Positions 1 through 9,362 of a DNA stretch of 64,000 bases are shown piece after piece. The stretch covers positions 47,091 through 111,090 of the forward strand of contig NZ_JAGDXI010000006.1 of assembly GCF_023256325.1 (NCBI RefSeq), given 5' to 3'. The notes beneath the pieces are model-generated. The model searched no databases and was not told the origin of the DNA. It saw nothing but the letters and a program-made list of their open reading frames with translations. The position numbers were made by a program, and so were the translations under genes. Source of the DNA: Caldisphaera sp. GTDB taxonomy: Archaea > Thermoproteota > Thermoprotei_A > Sulfolobales > Acidilobaceae. How positions within the stretch are numbered: position 1 is the first letter of the stretch; each line of letters starts with the position of its first letter.

Positions 1-2
1 AA

Positions 3-140
3 AAGGAATTAATAGGAGGACATCTGATTAGAGCTACTGTAGATCCTCTAGTTGAATTAACTATATTAAAAATCGATGGATCATTTTCAAGAGTATACAA
101 TCCTGAAACAAATTTAAAAGAATTTAATCCTGTTATTTAA
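3..140 (+). CDS. C-terminal end of an unidentified CDS entering from upstream of the window
   Basis: The frame is open from the window edge to TAA at 138-140 (...VDPLVELTILKIDGSFSRVYNPETNLKEFNPVI*). No motif recognised. Confidence 0.3.
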   Translation, partial: KELIGGHLIRATVDPLVELTILKIDGSFSRVYNPETNLKEFNPVI

Positions 141-322
141 CTGGTCTCCCTCATCTAATGGCGAAACGCAGCTCATATTCTGTTAAACTCGTTACATTTC
201 AATCCAAGATATTATAATGGCATATTTTATAATCTATCATTCCACCCTGAATAACCTAAGTTCCTAAATTATTAGGGGTTGCAAAATGATAGGAGTCACC
301 TTTACAATAGATCGGAGAAAAG

Positions 323-1231
323 CTAGTACTTATTAACTTCATCTATTACTCTTTTTATCTTTATTTTATTTTCAGCATCTTCTTCTCTTAATGGCATCCT
401 AACGTAACTTTTAATTGGAGAATTCATTAGTTCTAATGCAGCTTTTGTTGCGCTTGAATTAGAAAAACCAATGTCATAGATCCTTGATATTTGTAAGATT
501 TTTTTATTTAATTCTAAAGCTTTGTCATAGTGACCACTTACAAATTCATTATATAATTCAACATGTAGTTTAGGAAATACATTTGCTAACCCTGATACAG
601 TTCCATCCCCGCCCATAATTAACACAGGTAAGAACATTTGAACCATCCCTGTTAATATATAAAAATTCTTTCTTAATCCTTTCATAACTTCAATGCTTTT
701 TCTTATATAATCAAAGTTATCATATGTTATCTTAACCCCGATCACATTGCTATGCTCTTTAGCCAACTTTTCATATATGCTTATTGGTATTACAGTCCCT
801 GTTGTGAAAGGATTATTATATAATATAATTGGAGCATCTAGAGATTTAGCTATTGTGGAAAAGTGCATATATAATTCGCTTTCTTTCAACTTATAGAAAA
901 ATGGGGGCATAACAATTAATCCATCTGCTCCATAATCTAAGTAGGTCTTTCCTAGAAAAATAGATAATTGCGTTGAATTTGTTGTGATACCTGGTAATAT
1001 TGGAACTTTTTTATTTGAAAATTCTATAGTCTTTTTGACAAAGTTTATTTGTTCTTCTTCTCTTAAACTAACAAATTCACCAGTAGTTGAATTTGGAAAT
1101 AAGGCGTTAACTCCATTATTTATAGTATAATCTATTAGCCATTTTAGTCCTTCATAGTCTATATCGCCATTATATTTAAAAGGTGTAACCATAGGAACTA
1201 CTACTCCTTTAAGTTCCAAATTTTCACCCAT
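323..1231 (-). CDS. DapA/NAL-family class I aldolase (2-keto-3-deoxy-(phospho)gluconate aldolase-like)
   Basis: 302 aa. Family pattern GVVVPMVTPF ... NSTTGEF ... Schiff-base Lys context IGVKITY. Sulfolobales KD(P)G aldolases belong to this family. Confidence 0.75.
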   Translation of the reverse strand: MGENLELKGVVVPMVTPFKYNGDIDYEGLKWLIDYTINNGVNALFPNSTTGEFVSLREEEQINFVKKTIEFSNKKVPILPGITTNSTQLSIFLGKTYLDYGADGLIVMPPFFYKLKESELYMHFSTIAKSLDAPIILYNNPFTTGTVIPISIYEKLAKEHSNVIGVKITYDNFDYIRKSIEVMKGLRKNFYILTGMVQMFLPVLIMGGDGTVSGLANVFPKLHVELYNEFVSGHYDKALELNKKILQISRIYDIGFSNSSATKAALELMNSPIKSYVRMPLREEDAENKIKIKRVIDEVNKY

Positions 1232-1283
1232 TATATTTGCATTATTAAAGTTAATAAATTCGCTTTTTATTATAATGATAAAA

Positions 1284-2462
1284 CTATAAATTTATTTCAT
1301 CAAGCTTTATTATTTGCAAGTTATTCGTATCAAAGCCATAGGTGTACCATAAAGCTGATCCTAACAAACCAATTATCCAAAATAATATATCATAAATTTG
1401 GAAAAAGGCAATGCTAAAACTATAAGTAAATATGGCCGAAAATATATAAATAATCCAACCAGATGCTCTTACTACAGATATTCCTGTTGCTCTATATTTT
1501 GTTCTAAGCAACTCTCCTTCAAGTACTAGCCTAGTGCCCCAGGTTAATTGAGTAAAAATACCGTTTGTTAATATTAATGATAAAAACAAAATATAATTAT
1601 TAAATGAGTGTACAATTAATAGTAAAATTAGTGAAGTTAAAGACCCACCAAAAAAACCAAATAATGTAAATGAAGTTCTCTTTATTTTACTAATAATAAA
1701 ATAACCTAAAAGACCACCAGCAATGTTTCCTAAATTAAAAAGAAAGACTATATAATAAGTTAAATTAGGATAATAGTATGGCCCGATAACCCAAGATATT
1801 AAACCATAAGTTAAAATCGTTGAAATTGATATTAATATTAAAGGCAGAATTCTTTTGTGATTTTCATTTATAAAACTTATGTTTTTTGAATTGGATAAAA
1901 CCCAGACTTTAGATTCAGGGAGTTTTTTTCTAAAAAAGTAAGAACTTGTAAGAGAAAGGATTAAAATAAATGTTATAGTTAATTTAATTATTGTATAATT
2001 TTCGAAGAATATAAAGATAATGGATGATAAAAGAGCTCCAATATTAACAAAATTTGTAATTAGCATTATAAATTTACCCCTATCATTCGCGCTTAGATTT
2101 TCGGTCAAATAAGAAATGATAGCTGGTTCATCTCCACCTGCTATAGAAAAGAGAAAGAGGCCTATTCCAATTAATGATATATAAGGATTAAGAAGAAGAA
2201 ATAGCAAGATGCCAATAGAAAACAATATTGGAGTGATTACTAATACTGGTTTTCTACCGTATTTATCTGCAATATAGCTAAACAAAAAATTTCCCAATAA
2301 AAGAGATACTGGCGGTTCTATAAGTAGGTATAGTTCCATACTTTTTGGATAAAAACTTATTTGTGTTAATAATGAACCTAAAGTTACTGAAAATCCATAT
2401 AGAAATATTGATATTGAAGTACTTACGAAAGTATAAGCCCTCAACTTGCTATAATCTTCCAT
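1284..2462 (-). CDS. MFS transporter
   Basis: 392 aa, about 11-12 hydrophobic helices, MFS loop motif ADKYGRKPVL. Clearly paralogous to 47370..48584 (shared PES..W and R.TG motifs). Confidence 0.75.
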   Translation of the reverse strand: MEDYSKLRAYTFVSTSISIFLYGFSVTLGSLLTQISFYPKSMELYLLIEPPVSLLLGNFLFSYIADKYGRKPVLVITPILFSIGILLFLLLNPYISLIGIGLFLFSIAGGDEPAIISYLTENLSANDRGKFIMLITNFVNIGALLSSIIFIFFENYTIIKLTITFILILSLTSSYFFRKKLPESKVWVLSNSKNISFINENHKRILPLILISISTILTYGLISWVIGPYYYPNLTYYIVFLFNLGNIAGGLLGYFIISKIKRTSFTLFGFFGGSLTSLILLLIVHSFNNYILFLSLILTNGIFTQLTWGTRLVLEGELLRTKYRATGISVVRASGWIIYIFSAIFTYSFSIAFFQIYDILFWIIGLLGSALWYTYGFDTNNLQIIKLDEINL

Positions 2463-2814
2463 GTGGATACCCTATCCAATTCATTGATTTAAAGGTTTAA
2501 ATATCTTAATTACTTGTTACCATTAATGATAAAATAATTGATCTTGTGTTAAATTTAAAGGTTTAATATAATAAATTTTCGAATAATTAAAAATAATTAT
2601 CAGATACTTAGACTATTTAATCAAGTGATAATATTTAAATACCAGAGCATCCTCGTAGAAGAGATTTAGTCTAAGGAACTCTCTCGCAATTACAAAACGA
2701 TTTTCTAGAAGGAATTATTCCATTTTCTGCTCGCATAAAGAACTTTTCTTTTATCTGTTATGGATTTAATTTTTTACTTTTTTTGTTTCTTGCAAATGAT
2801 AATTTAAATAATGC

Positions 2815-3546
2815 CTAAATAAATTTGTGAGATATTTTTAATGAGTTGATTAATCCCTCATGATCCATCGGAGAGGAAAATAAAATTCCATCCACGTAGT
2901 TTTCAACTTTTTGAATGGCTTCATCTAATTTTTCCATTTGAATCAATTCTTCAATAGGTAAATGTTTTAATAAAAATTCTCTATTTTTTTCAGTAATTAA
3001 AACAAAATACAAATATAGTTTAGATCTTTGTCCTTTAACTTTTTTTGATACTTCCTCCAGTTTTTCACTAAACCATGGCCTTGTTATCAAATAAAATGAG
3101 GCTCTACGTTCTATTCTGTCATTTATTTCGCGAATAGGTTTGTTTAAATTTAATAATAATCCCAGATTTGTATCGATATACTTTGATCTTATTATATCTA
3201 TAGCTTCATCTGGCGTTATATCATCAATTTTTTTCCCTACTTGCGGTAGATCTCCTCTAACTAATAAGAAATTATTTATTTGATTCATTTTAAGAGCAGT
3301 AATTGTGTTAATTAAGTTAAGCCTATTTATATCTAGCAAGCGCAAGTTGGTAATTATGTTGGCGCTATCAAACTTATCTTTTACTAAGCAAGATATTATT
3401 GAAGAAGAGGGTGAAGGCATTCCTAAAGGAGCATCTGGTATATCTATAATATCTGAGTACTCTATTAGATCTTTTGCATATCTCAAAAGTTTTTCTTTGT
3501 TGCTATATGGTGTTAGCTCTGCTATTATATCTTTCATCTCAGCCAC
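2815..3546 (-). CDS. Methylenetetrahydrofolate reductase (MetF)-like fold protein
   Basis: 243 aa. Resembles the MTHFR family pattern: ELTP..., IDIPDAPLGMPSPSS, NLRLLDINR, LLVRGDLP. Start abuts the stop of the upstream UbiA gene (3547). Confidence 0.45.
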   Translation of the reverse strand: MAEMKDIIAELTPYSNKEKLLRYAKDLIEYSDIIDIPDAPLGMPSPSSSIISCLVKDKFDSANIITNLRLLDINRLNLINTITALKMNQINNFLLVRGDLPQVGKKIDDITPDEAIDIIRSKYIDTNLGLLLNLNKPIREINDRIERRASFYLITRPWFSEKLEEVSKKVKGQRSKLYLYFVLITEKNREFLLKHLPIEELIQMEKLDEAIQKVENYVDGILFSSPMDHEGLINSLKISHKFI

Positions 3547-4398
3547 CTAAGGTTTTGTGCTCATTAAAAAACCTAATAATCCTATAAGCATAGCTATTAA
3601 GGAAATATTTTTGTTTTTTGTAGATATTTCTTTTGTAGGTTTTATGATAGTTAGTAACGATAGTGTAATAAATATTATATCAACTATGGATATTGGTATT
3701 ATATATATCATTGTATATACTTTATTCATGATAACTGGTAATGGACTTAAAGAGACCGCGATAATATAAAATAGAAAAGCAAAGATTGCTGCAGTTCTCC
3801 TTCCAAAAATTACTGCTAATGTTTTAACTCCAGCAATTTTATCTCCCTCGACATCAGAAATGCCTTTAGTTATTTCTCTGGCTATACCTGATAAAAATAT
3901 CATTAACCAATAAATCACGATATTCAAACCAAGTTTATTTATCATAGCCGCCCCATATAATAGGGGAACCCCCATAGAGTATGCAACCATTACATTTCCA
4001 ATGAATCCAGATTTTTTACCTTTCTTATTGTATAGAACTGCTATAAAATAAGATATCAAGGCTATAATGAATGTTATTATACCAGTTAAAAAGGAGAAGA
4101 TTAAACCTAAAAATGTAAATAGATAAAATAAAAAGTATGCTCTATTTGTATTTATCTTACCTGAAGGTAAAGGCCTACTAGGATTATTTACTTTATCTAT
4201 ATTTATGTCTATTATGTCGTTTAATATCATTGCACTTGAAGATATGAAAAATCCTGTTAAAAAACCAAATATTAGAGAATTTATAGGAGGAATTTGTCTT
4301 CCAGAAGCGATAAATGAGCCAACAATCACGGAAAAACCTATCATAATATCATTTAATGGTCTTATTAATTTAATATAGTCCTTAATCATTTTGATCAA
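3547..4398 (-). CDS. UbiA-family prenyltransferase, digeranylgeranylglyceryl phosphate synthase-like
   Basis: 283 aa, 8-9 TM helices, two Asp-rich motifs: NDIIDINIDKVNNPSRPLPSG and GISDVEGDKIAG. Confidence 0.8.
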   Translation of the reverse strand: MIKMIKDYIKLIRPLNDIMIGFSVIVGSFIASGRQIPPINSLIFGFLTGFFISSSAMILNDIIDINIDKVNNPSRPLPSGKINTNRAYFLFYLFTFLGLIFSFLTGIITFIIALISYFIAVLYNKKGKKSGFIGNVMVAYSMGVPLLYGAAMINKLGLNIVIYWLMIFLSGIAREITKGISDVEGDKIAGVKTLAVIFGRRTAAIFAFLFYIIAVSLSPLPVIMNKVYTMIYIIPISIVDIIFITLSLLTIIKPTKEISTKNKNISLIAMLIGLLGFLMSTKP

Positions 4399-4448
4399 CT
4401 CATTATTTTTATTATCCCCTAACGTTATATAAATAAGAGGGATTAAAA

Positions 4449-5225
4449 ATGGAATCTAGTATTGAATCACAAATAGGAAAAGCATCTGCCAAATTTAAAT
4501 ATCCAGATTCTAGAGTTTTATATCAAATAACATCAACATTATCTGAAATAATAGAGGAAGCAAACTTTGAAATAAAAAAAGAAGGTATAAAAATAGTTGC
4601 TACTGATCCAGGAAAGATAGCTTACATAGAAATTAACATGCCATATGAGACTTTTTTAGAGTATGAAGTTGAGAAGGAAATAAACATGGGAGTTAATGTG
4701 CAGTCCCTTAGTAATATAGTATCAAGAGGCAAGAAAGGTGATAATGTCACATTTTTAGTCTCTGATCAAAATATATTAATTAAAATTGAAGGGGATGTAA
4801 TAAAGAAATATCTAATACCAAACATAGAAGTCTCAATAGATGTTCCCAAAGATATTAAGATAGATTTTGATACAAGAGTTGTAGTTATTGGTGACACTTT
4901 TAAGAAAATCTTATCAGACGCTAGCTCCTTCGGGGACATAGTAGAGCTGGAAGCTGATGAAAATAGTTTTAAGATAAGAGCTAAAGGTGAAGGACCTAGA
5001 GCTGAAGTTAATTTGTCTAAAGGTTCTACTTCATTAATTGAAATAGAAACTAAGAATAAATCCATTAGTTCCTACGATGTTAACTATTTAAAAAATGTTT
5101 TAAATCTAGCTAAGATCGCTGAAACAGTTGAAGTTAGATTTTCTAGCGAAAAGCCTATAGAATTAATATTTAACGCTCCAGATAAGAGCAAGATAAGGTA
5201 TTTGCTTGCCCCAACGACTCAGTAA
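4449..5225 (+). CDS. pcn: DNA polymerase sliding clamp (PCNA) subunit
   Basis: 258 aa. Two-domain PCNA pattern (N-terminal ...ITSTLSEIIEEANFEIKKEGIKIVATD..., IGDTFKKILSDASS, C-terminal ...IRYLLAP). Crenarchaea carry three such paralogs. Confidence 0.75.
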   Translation: MESSIESQIGKASAKFKYPDSRVLYQITSTLSEIIEEANFEIKKEGIKIVATDPGKIAYIEINMPYETFLEYEVEKEINMGVNVQSLSNIVSRGKKGDNVTFLVSDQNILIKIEGDVIKKYLIPNIEVSIDVPKDIKIDFDTRVVVIGDTFKKILSDASSFGDIVELEADENSFKIRAKGEGPRAEVNLSKGSTSLIEIETKNKSISSYDVNYLKNVLNLAKIAETVEVRFSSEKPIELIFNAPDKSKIRYLLAPTTQ

Positions 5226-6676
5226 ATTATTAAAGATTTGTCAAAAGCTAACTCTCCTGGAAAGGGGCTTTTCGCTATTCCATTAATAGGGTCTCCATTA
5301 GAGTAACAAATTGAATTTAAAATTGTTTCTATTTTATCAGATCCTTTAATTACAACACCTTTTTTAGATTTAGCTAGTTTGTTAATTATATTATCATTGC
5401 CAAATATTATTGTAATATTTGTTCCTGACATCATTTTTACTATAGATATGGCCTCAGTGCAGGTAGAAACACTTGTTGATGTTAGTACAGGTGCTTCTAC
5501 ATCATTCCAAAGTATTTCTGAATTCTTAGCTATGTTATCAATAAGTGTAGGCTCAATGTATCTTCCATTTGTTAACCCCCCGGTTAACAATGATCCTCCT
5601 TTATAAATCGCATCATTAATTAATTTTGTTGATCTATCGGCAATTTCTTTGTTTTTTAATGGTCCAACCTCTTTTCCTTCTAATGGATTTCCGACAAGTG
5701 ATTGCGAAAATCTATCAGCAATAGATTCTATTATGTTATCTTTCAAGTGTTCAAGTGAAATTAACCAGCTAACTGAACCACATGCCTGACCAGAATGTTT
5801 TAGTGAAAGCCTTGCTATTATGTTGGAAAGCAAATCAACATTTTCAGGTAAGTTGCATAAAACAACAACTACCCTTCCAGAGCAATTAGCAATAAACCTT
5901 CCAGAGAGGTTTTTCATTAAGTTTTTGTAATTGATTTTTTTCCCATAAAAGTAATATACAAATTCTTCATTATCAAATAAATTAATATAAGACATACCTC
6001 TTGTTGGTAAAAACGAAATGGATTCAAATAATGATGAGTCAGAAAACATAGAAATTGCTGAAAGAGAAGAGGCTAAAGAGTATGATGAAGGCTTAACTAT
6101 TACAGGTGTTCCTGAGATTAATGACCTAGTTATTGAAGAAATCGTTGTAAAAAATGGAGAAGTATATGCTGGAAAAACAATGCTTAATCCTTTTTCTAAT
6201 TTTACTTGAGTTATTGTATTGCTTGAATCTGAGACAAATGATATAGGTCCGTCTCTTGTTAAGGTTTCTGTATTAGATAGGAAAGCCCACGAATTTTCCA
6301 TAATCTTCTCAGCAGCTTGAATCTCTTCTCTAGACAATTCAATACTTTTTCCAGTTTCTAATGATATTAATCTTGATATGTTTTCTTCATATTTTTCTAT
6401 CTTACTTGATATCTCTATTAATTCTTCAATCCTATTATAAATATTAGTAGATTTTAGGGAGTCAGAGTTTAATGATGTTTCCATGGCCTTCTTTATATCA
6501 TTTTGATCGGGTAATCCAAAATTGTAAGGTTCGTCTAGTATATTTTCCTTCCATATTCTTATTTCGCCTTCTAATGGTTTCCCGTTTAATATATAAGGTA
6601 ATCCATTTCCATCACTTGAGACAAAAGATGAATCAATAGCTTTCATTTCTTTTATTATTAATCCCATCAATATCAC
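5219..6676 (-). CDS. Divergent aldehyde dehydrogenase superfamily protein
   Basis: 485 aa. ALDH pattern VIVKPSS..., catalytic-Cys motif HSGQACGS. The usual ELGGK general-base motif reads ANCSGR. 4-nt overlap with the upstream PduO-type gene. Confidence 0.6.
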   Translation of the reverse strand: MILMGLIIKEMKAIDSSFVSSDGNGLPYILNGKPLEGEIRIWKENILDEPYNFGLPDQNDIKKAMETSLNSDSLKSTNIYNRIEELIEISSKIEKYEENISRLISLETGKSIELSREEIQAAEKIMENSWAFLSNTETLTRDGPISFVSDSSNTITQVKLEKGLSIVFPAYTSPFFTTISSITRSLISGTPVIVKPSSYSLASSLSAISMFSDSSLFESISFLPTRGMSYINLFDNEEFVYYFYGKKINYKNLMKNLSGRFIANCSGRVVVVLCNLPENVDLLSNIIARLSLKHSGQACGSVSWLISLEHLKDNIIESIADRFSQSLVGNPLEGKEVGPLKNKEIADRSTKLINDAIYKGGSLLTGGLTNGRYIEPTLIDNIAKNSEILWNDVEAPVLTSTSVSTCTEAISIVKMMSGTNITIIFGNDNIINKLAKSKKGVVIKGSDKIETILNSICYSNGDPINGIAKSPFPGELAFDKSLIIY

Positions 6677-7212
6677 CTAAAAGAAACCGGTTCTTCAGGA
6701 TATCCAGATACTTTATTTATATAAACAGCAAGAGCAAAAAGAGCACTGCTAAGCCTATTAATGGCCTTATAAACAATATCATCAAAATTAAATTCTCTAC
6801 CAGCTTTTATTAAAGCTCTTTCAGCTCTTCTTACTACTGTTCTAGCAACATGCAACGCAGATGCTGATTGTGTACCTGCAGGTAAAACAAAATGCTTTAA
6901 GGGCGCTAAACCATAATATTTATCCGCCAATTCTTCTAGTTTAGATATATCTTCTTCATTAATAGCTTTTACTCCAGAAACATGAAACCCTATTCTAAAC
7001 GTTAAGTATTGAAGATCTTTAAGATCATTTTCAATGTCTTTCATATATGGCGGTAAAAACGACCTAGCTAATCCTATAAAGCTATTTGCTTCATCTAAAG
7101 TCCCAATTAGTTCTATTATAGGATGGTCTTTAGGAACCCTGGTTTTTAATAGATTGCAGTAGGTACTTCCGTCATCTCCAGTTCTCGTAAACACGTGGCT
7201 CAATAACTGCAC
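6673..7212 (-). CDS. PduO-type ATP:cob(I)alamin adenosyltransferase family protein
   Basis: 179 aa. N-terminal signature FTRTGDDGST and a helical-bundle C-terminus (ARTVVRRAERAL). Confidence 0.8.
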   Translation of the reverse strand: MQLLSHVFTRTGDDGSTYCNLLKTRVPKDHPIIELIGTLDEANSFIGLARSFLPPYMKDIENDLKDLQYLTFRIGFHVSGVKAINEEDISKLEELADKYYGLAPLKHFVLPAGTQSASALHVARTVVRRAERALIKAGREFNFDDIVYKAINRLSSALFALAVYINKVSGYPEEPVSFR

Positions 7213-7238
7213 CCAATTAATATGTGCGTTTAGAGATT

Positions 7239-9362
7239 TTAATAATATGTTATATTTGCTGAGATATCATAATGGGCAGTTAAAGGCGTAGTTGTTTGTG
7301 CAAAGACATAGCCCATTCTAAATGCATAGCTTTCTACAAGCATCATTCTATCTTGAAGCCTTGGCAAATATTCTAATGCTTCCTTAGGAACAGAAATTTT
7401 TTCTAGTTGGCTTTTTTCTGTTCTCAATATAATTTTAGTGTTAGTTAATTGGAGTATAATATCATTAAGATCTGAAGGAGAATGAGTGCTGAATACTAGG
7501 CCAACACCTCTTGCTCTTCCAAGTCGCGCAATTTTTGAAATCATTGCTGATATTTGCCTGATTGCATCTAAGTCTTCTTTTACTTTGCTTTCATTTTGGA
7601 AAAATTGATGCGATTCGTCTATAATTACCATAAGGTTAGGTGTTTCAATTCTTTTTGCCCAAGACTTATGTTTCCACGATATCAATTTATCTAATGTCCT
7701 ATAAGTTATAGCCCTTAATGCATCGAATCCAGCTAAGTCTAATCCCCATTTTAAGTCTAAAATTATAGGTATGTTTTCATCATTACTCAGATCTACTATA
7801 GTGCTCCAATCAGGTTCATTAATAGGTATTAACTTTTTTTGTTGCGGTACCAAAATATCAATAATTTGGGTTTCAATGAGTGAAGATATTCTTCTATATA
7901 AAGCCTTTATTGTTTCTTCATGGGATCTAGCTTTGAGTAATATATCAACATACTCTCCTATAGCATCTAGAATTGTGAAGTCATAGTTATCTACAGTCAT
8001 ATTTTCTATAGCTAAATTATCAGAATTGATTATATATGGCTTAACATACTCTAATGCTTGTTCTAATGGCTCGTCCTTTTCATCATAATTATCTTTATTA
8101 TAGTTTTTATTAAAAGATCTGTAAATTGATTTATCTATAAATATTGATAAAGCTCCATAAATCGCTTGAATTGGTGAATAAACTCCATGTTTTTTCTTGA
8201 ATTTTTCTCTCATTTTCTTGAGAAGATCTTTTGCTAAAGGAGTAAGACCTGGTAATAACGGAGAAAGATTGTCTGTACTTGTTTCTAATGTATTTATTAC
8301 GTATGGAATAAATATTAGCTTAAATGGATTATTAGTCTGTAAAATCACTGTTTTATTTCTTTCAAATTGGTTAAATTCTACCTTATTATTATTTATTAAA
8401 GGTCCAAAAGTTTCATAAAAGTATTTTTTTGCAATTTCTTTAAATGTTTTATTGATATCAATCATGTTCACGTCTAATTTAGATTCTATTAAATCTGATG
8501 ATATTGGGACTACGGATATTATACCTTTAAGTTGCCTAACATCTTTATAGCAACTATTTGCTATTTCTTGAGGAATAGGAGTTATATTATTTGGTATTGG
8601 TAACTGTACAAAATCTTGATTTAAATCAATAATTATAGATATTGGGTGCTTTTCAAGTTGATTATATAAGCTTGCTATCAAATTTTTTAGTAATGTTGTC
8701 TTCCCACTTCCAGTAGTACCTAATATAAGCATATGATGATAAAGAGCACTAAGAGGCAACCTAACTGGTATTTGACCATTCTTTACTAGGCCTGAAGGTG
8801 TACTTAATGCCCCTAAAGTTATTCCTTCTCTTGGTAAATCTAATAGCTTAATTAAAATATCAGGATTTGGATCTACTACCGGTGATTGAGGCTCTATGCT
8901 TTTTGTAGCTGGCCTTGGATTTTTATCATCCTTAGTCATTTCTAAAACGAGTTCTCCCTTAACTAGAGTATTTGTTATTAACCCTCTAGGTTCTACACTA
9001 TTTACTATTTGGCTTATTGGGGGTTCTAACCCTATAGCTGCTAATTCATCCTTTCTTATTATACTTTTTATTCTTATCAAAACTTTTCTCAAATCCTTTG
9101 GATCTATTACAACTAAATAATCCCCAACTTTATGAAAAGGTGCGTCAGAATCTGAGTAATATGTAGCAGGGTCAATTATGAATTCTATCTCTGAATTTTC
9201 TTCAACTTTAACTTCTCCATATCTAGAAATCTTTCCAATTATTTTTCCATCTTTTCTAGCTTCTTCATATGACATCAATAATAGTTTTTCAAGTTTATTT
9301 GCTTGATCTTCTGCACTATTTAAGAATTCCTCATTTAAGCCTATTGTTTCCTTTTTATCCAT
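7239..9362 (-). CDS. HerA-like (DUF87/FtsK-HerA superfamily) ATPase, long form
   Basis: 707 aa. N-terminal barrel-like region (VGDYLVVIDPKDLRKVLIRIKSI), Walker A LGTTGSGKTT (Lys ~221), Walker B LMVIIDESHQFF (~580). 22-nt overlap with the upstream NurA-like gene. Confidence 0.7.
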   Translation of the reverse strand: MDKKETIGLNEEFLNSAEDQANKLEKLLLMSYEEARKDGKIIGKISRYGEVKVEENSEIEFIIDPATYYSDSDAPFHKVGDYLVVIDPKDLRKVLIRIKSIIRKDELAAIGLEPPISQIVNSVEPRGLITNTLVKGELVLEMTKDDKNPRPATKSIEPQSPVVDPNPDILIKLLDLPREGITLGALSTPSGLVKNGQIPVRLPLSALYHHMLILGTTGSGKTTLLKNLIASLYNQLEKHPISIIIDLNQDFVQLPIPNNITPIPQEIANSCYKDVRQLKGIISVVPISSDLIESKLDVNMIDINKTFKEIAKKYFYETFGPLINNNKVEFNQFERNKTVILQTNNPFKLIFIPYVINTLETSTDNLSPLLPGLTPLAKDLLKKMREKFKKKHGVYSPIQAIYGALSIFIDKSIYRSFNKNYNKDNYDEKDEPLEQALEYVKPYIINSDNLAIENMTVDNYDFTILDAIGEYVDILLKARSHEETIKALYRRISSLIETQIIDILVPQQKKLIPINEPDWSTIVDLSNDENIPIILDLKWGLDLAGFDALRAITYRTLDKLISWKHKSWAKRIETPNLMVIIDESHQFFQNESKVKEDLDAIRQISAMISKIARLGRARGVGLVFSTHSPSDLNDIILQLTNTKIILRTEKSQLEKISVPKEALEYLPRLQDRMMLVESYAFRMGYVFAQTTTPLTAHYDISANITYY

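Noticed and set aside
141-322. 182-bp convergent spacer with a mildly GC-richer start (ctggtctccctcatctaatggcgaaacgcagctc) and C-box-like AATGATA/GATGAGG strings, examined for an sRNA or tRNA.
   Set aside because: No matching D boxes at correct spacing, no cloverleaf and no clear hairpins.
2488-2566. 13-14 bp direct repeat (A)TTTAAAGGTTTAA at 2488-2500 and 2554-2566, upstream of the MFS gene at 1284..2462.
   Set aside because: The proximal copy sits about 26-38 nt upstream of the start codon and reads as a TATA/BRE-like promoter element on the minus strand. The second copy may be a duplicate promoter. AT-rich 13-mers recur easily in this genome, so this is weak evidence for anything more.
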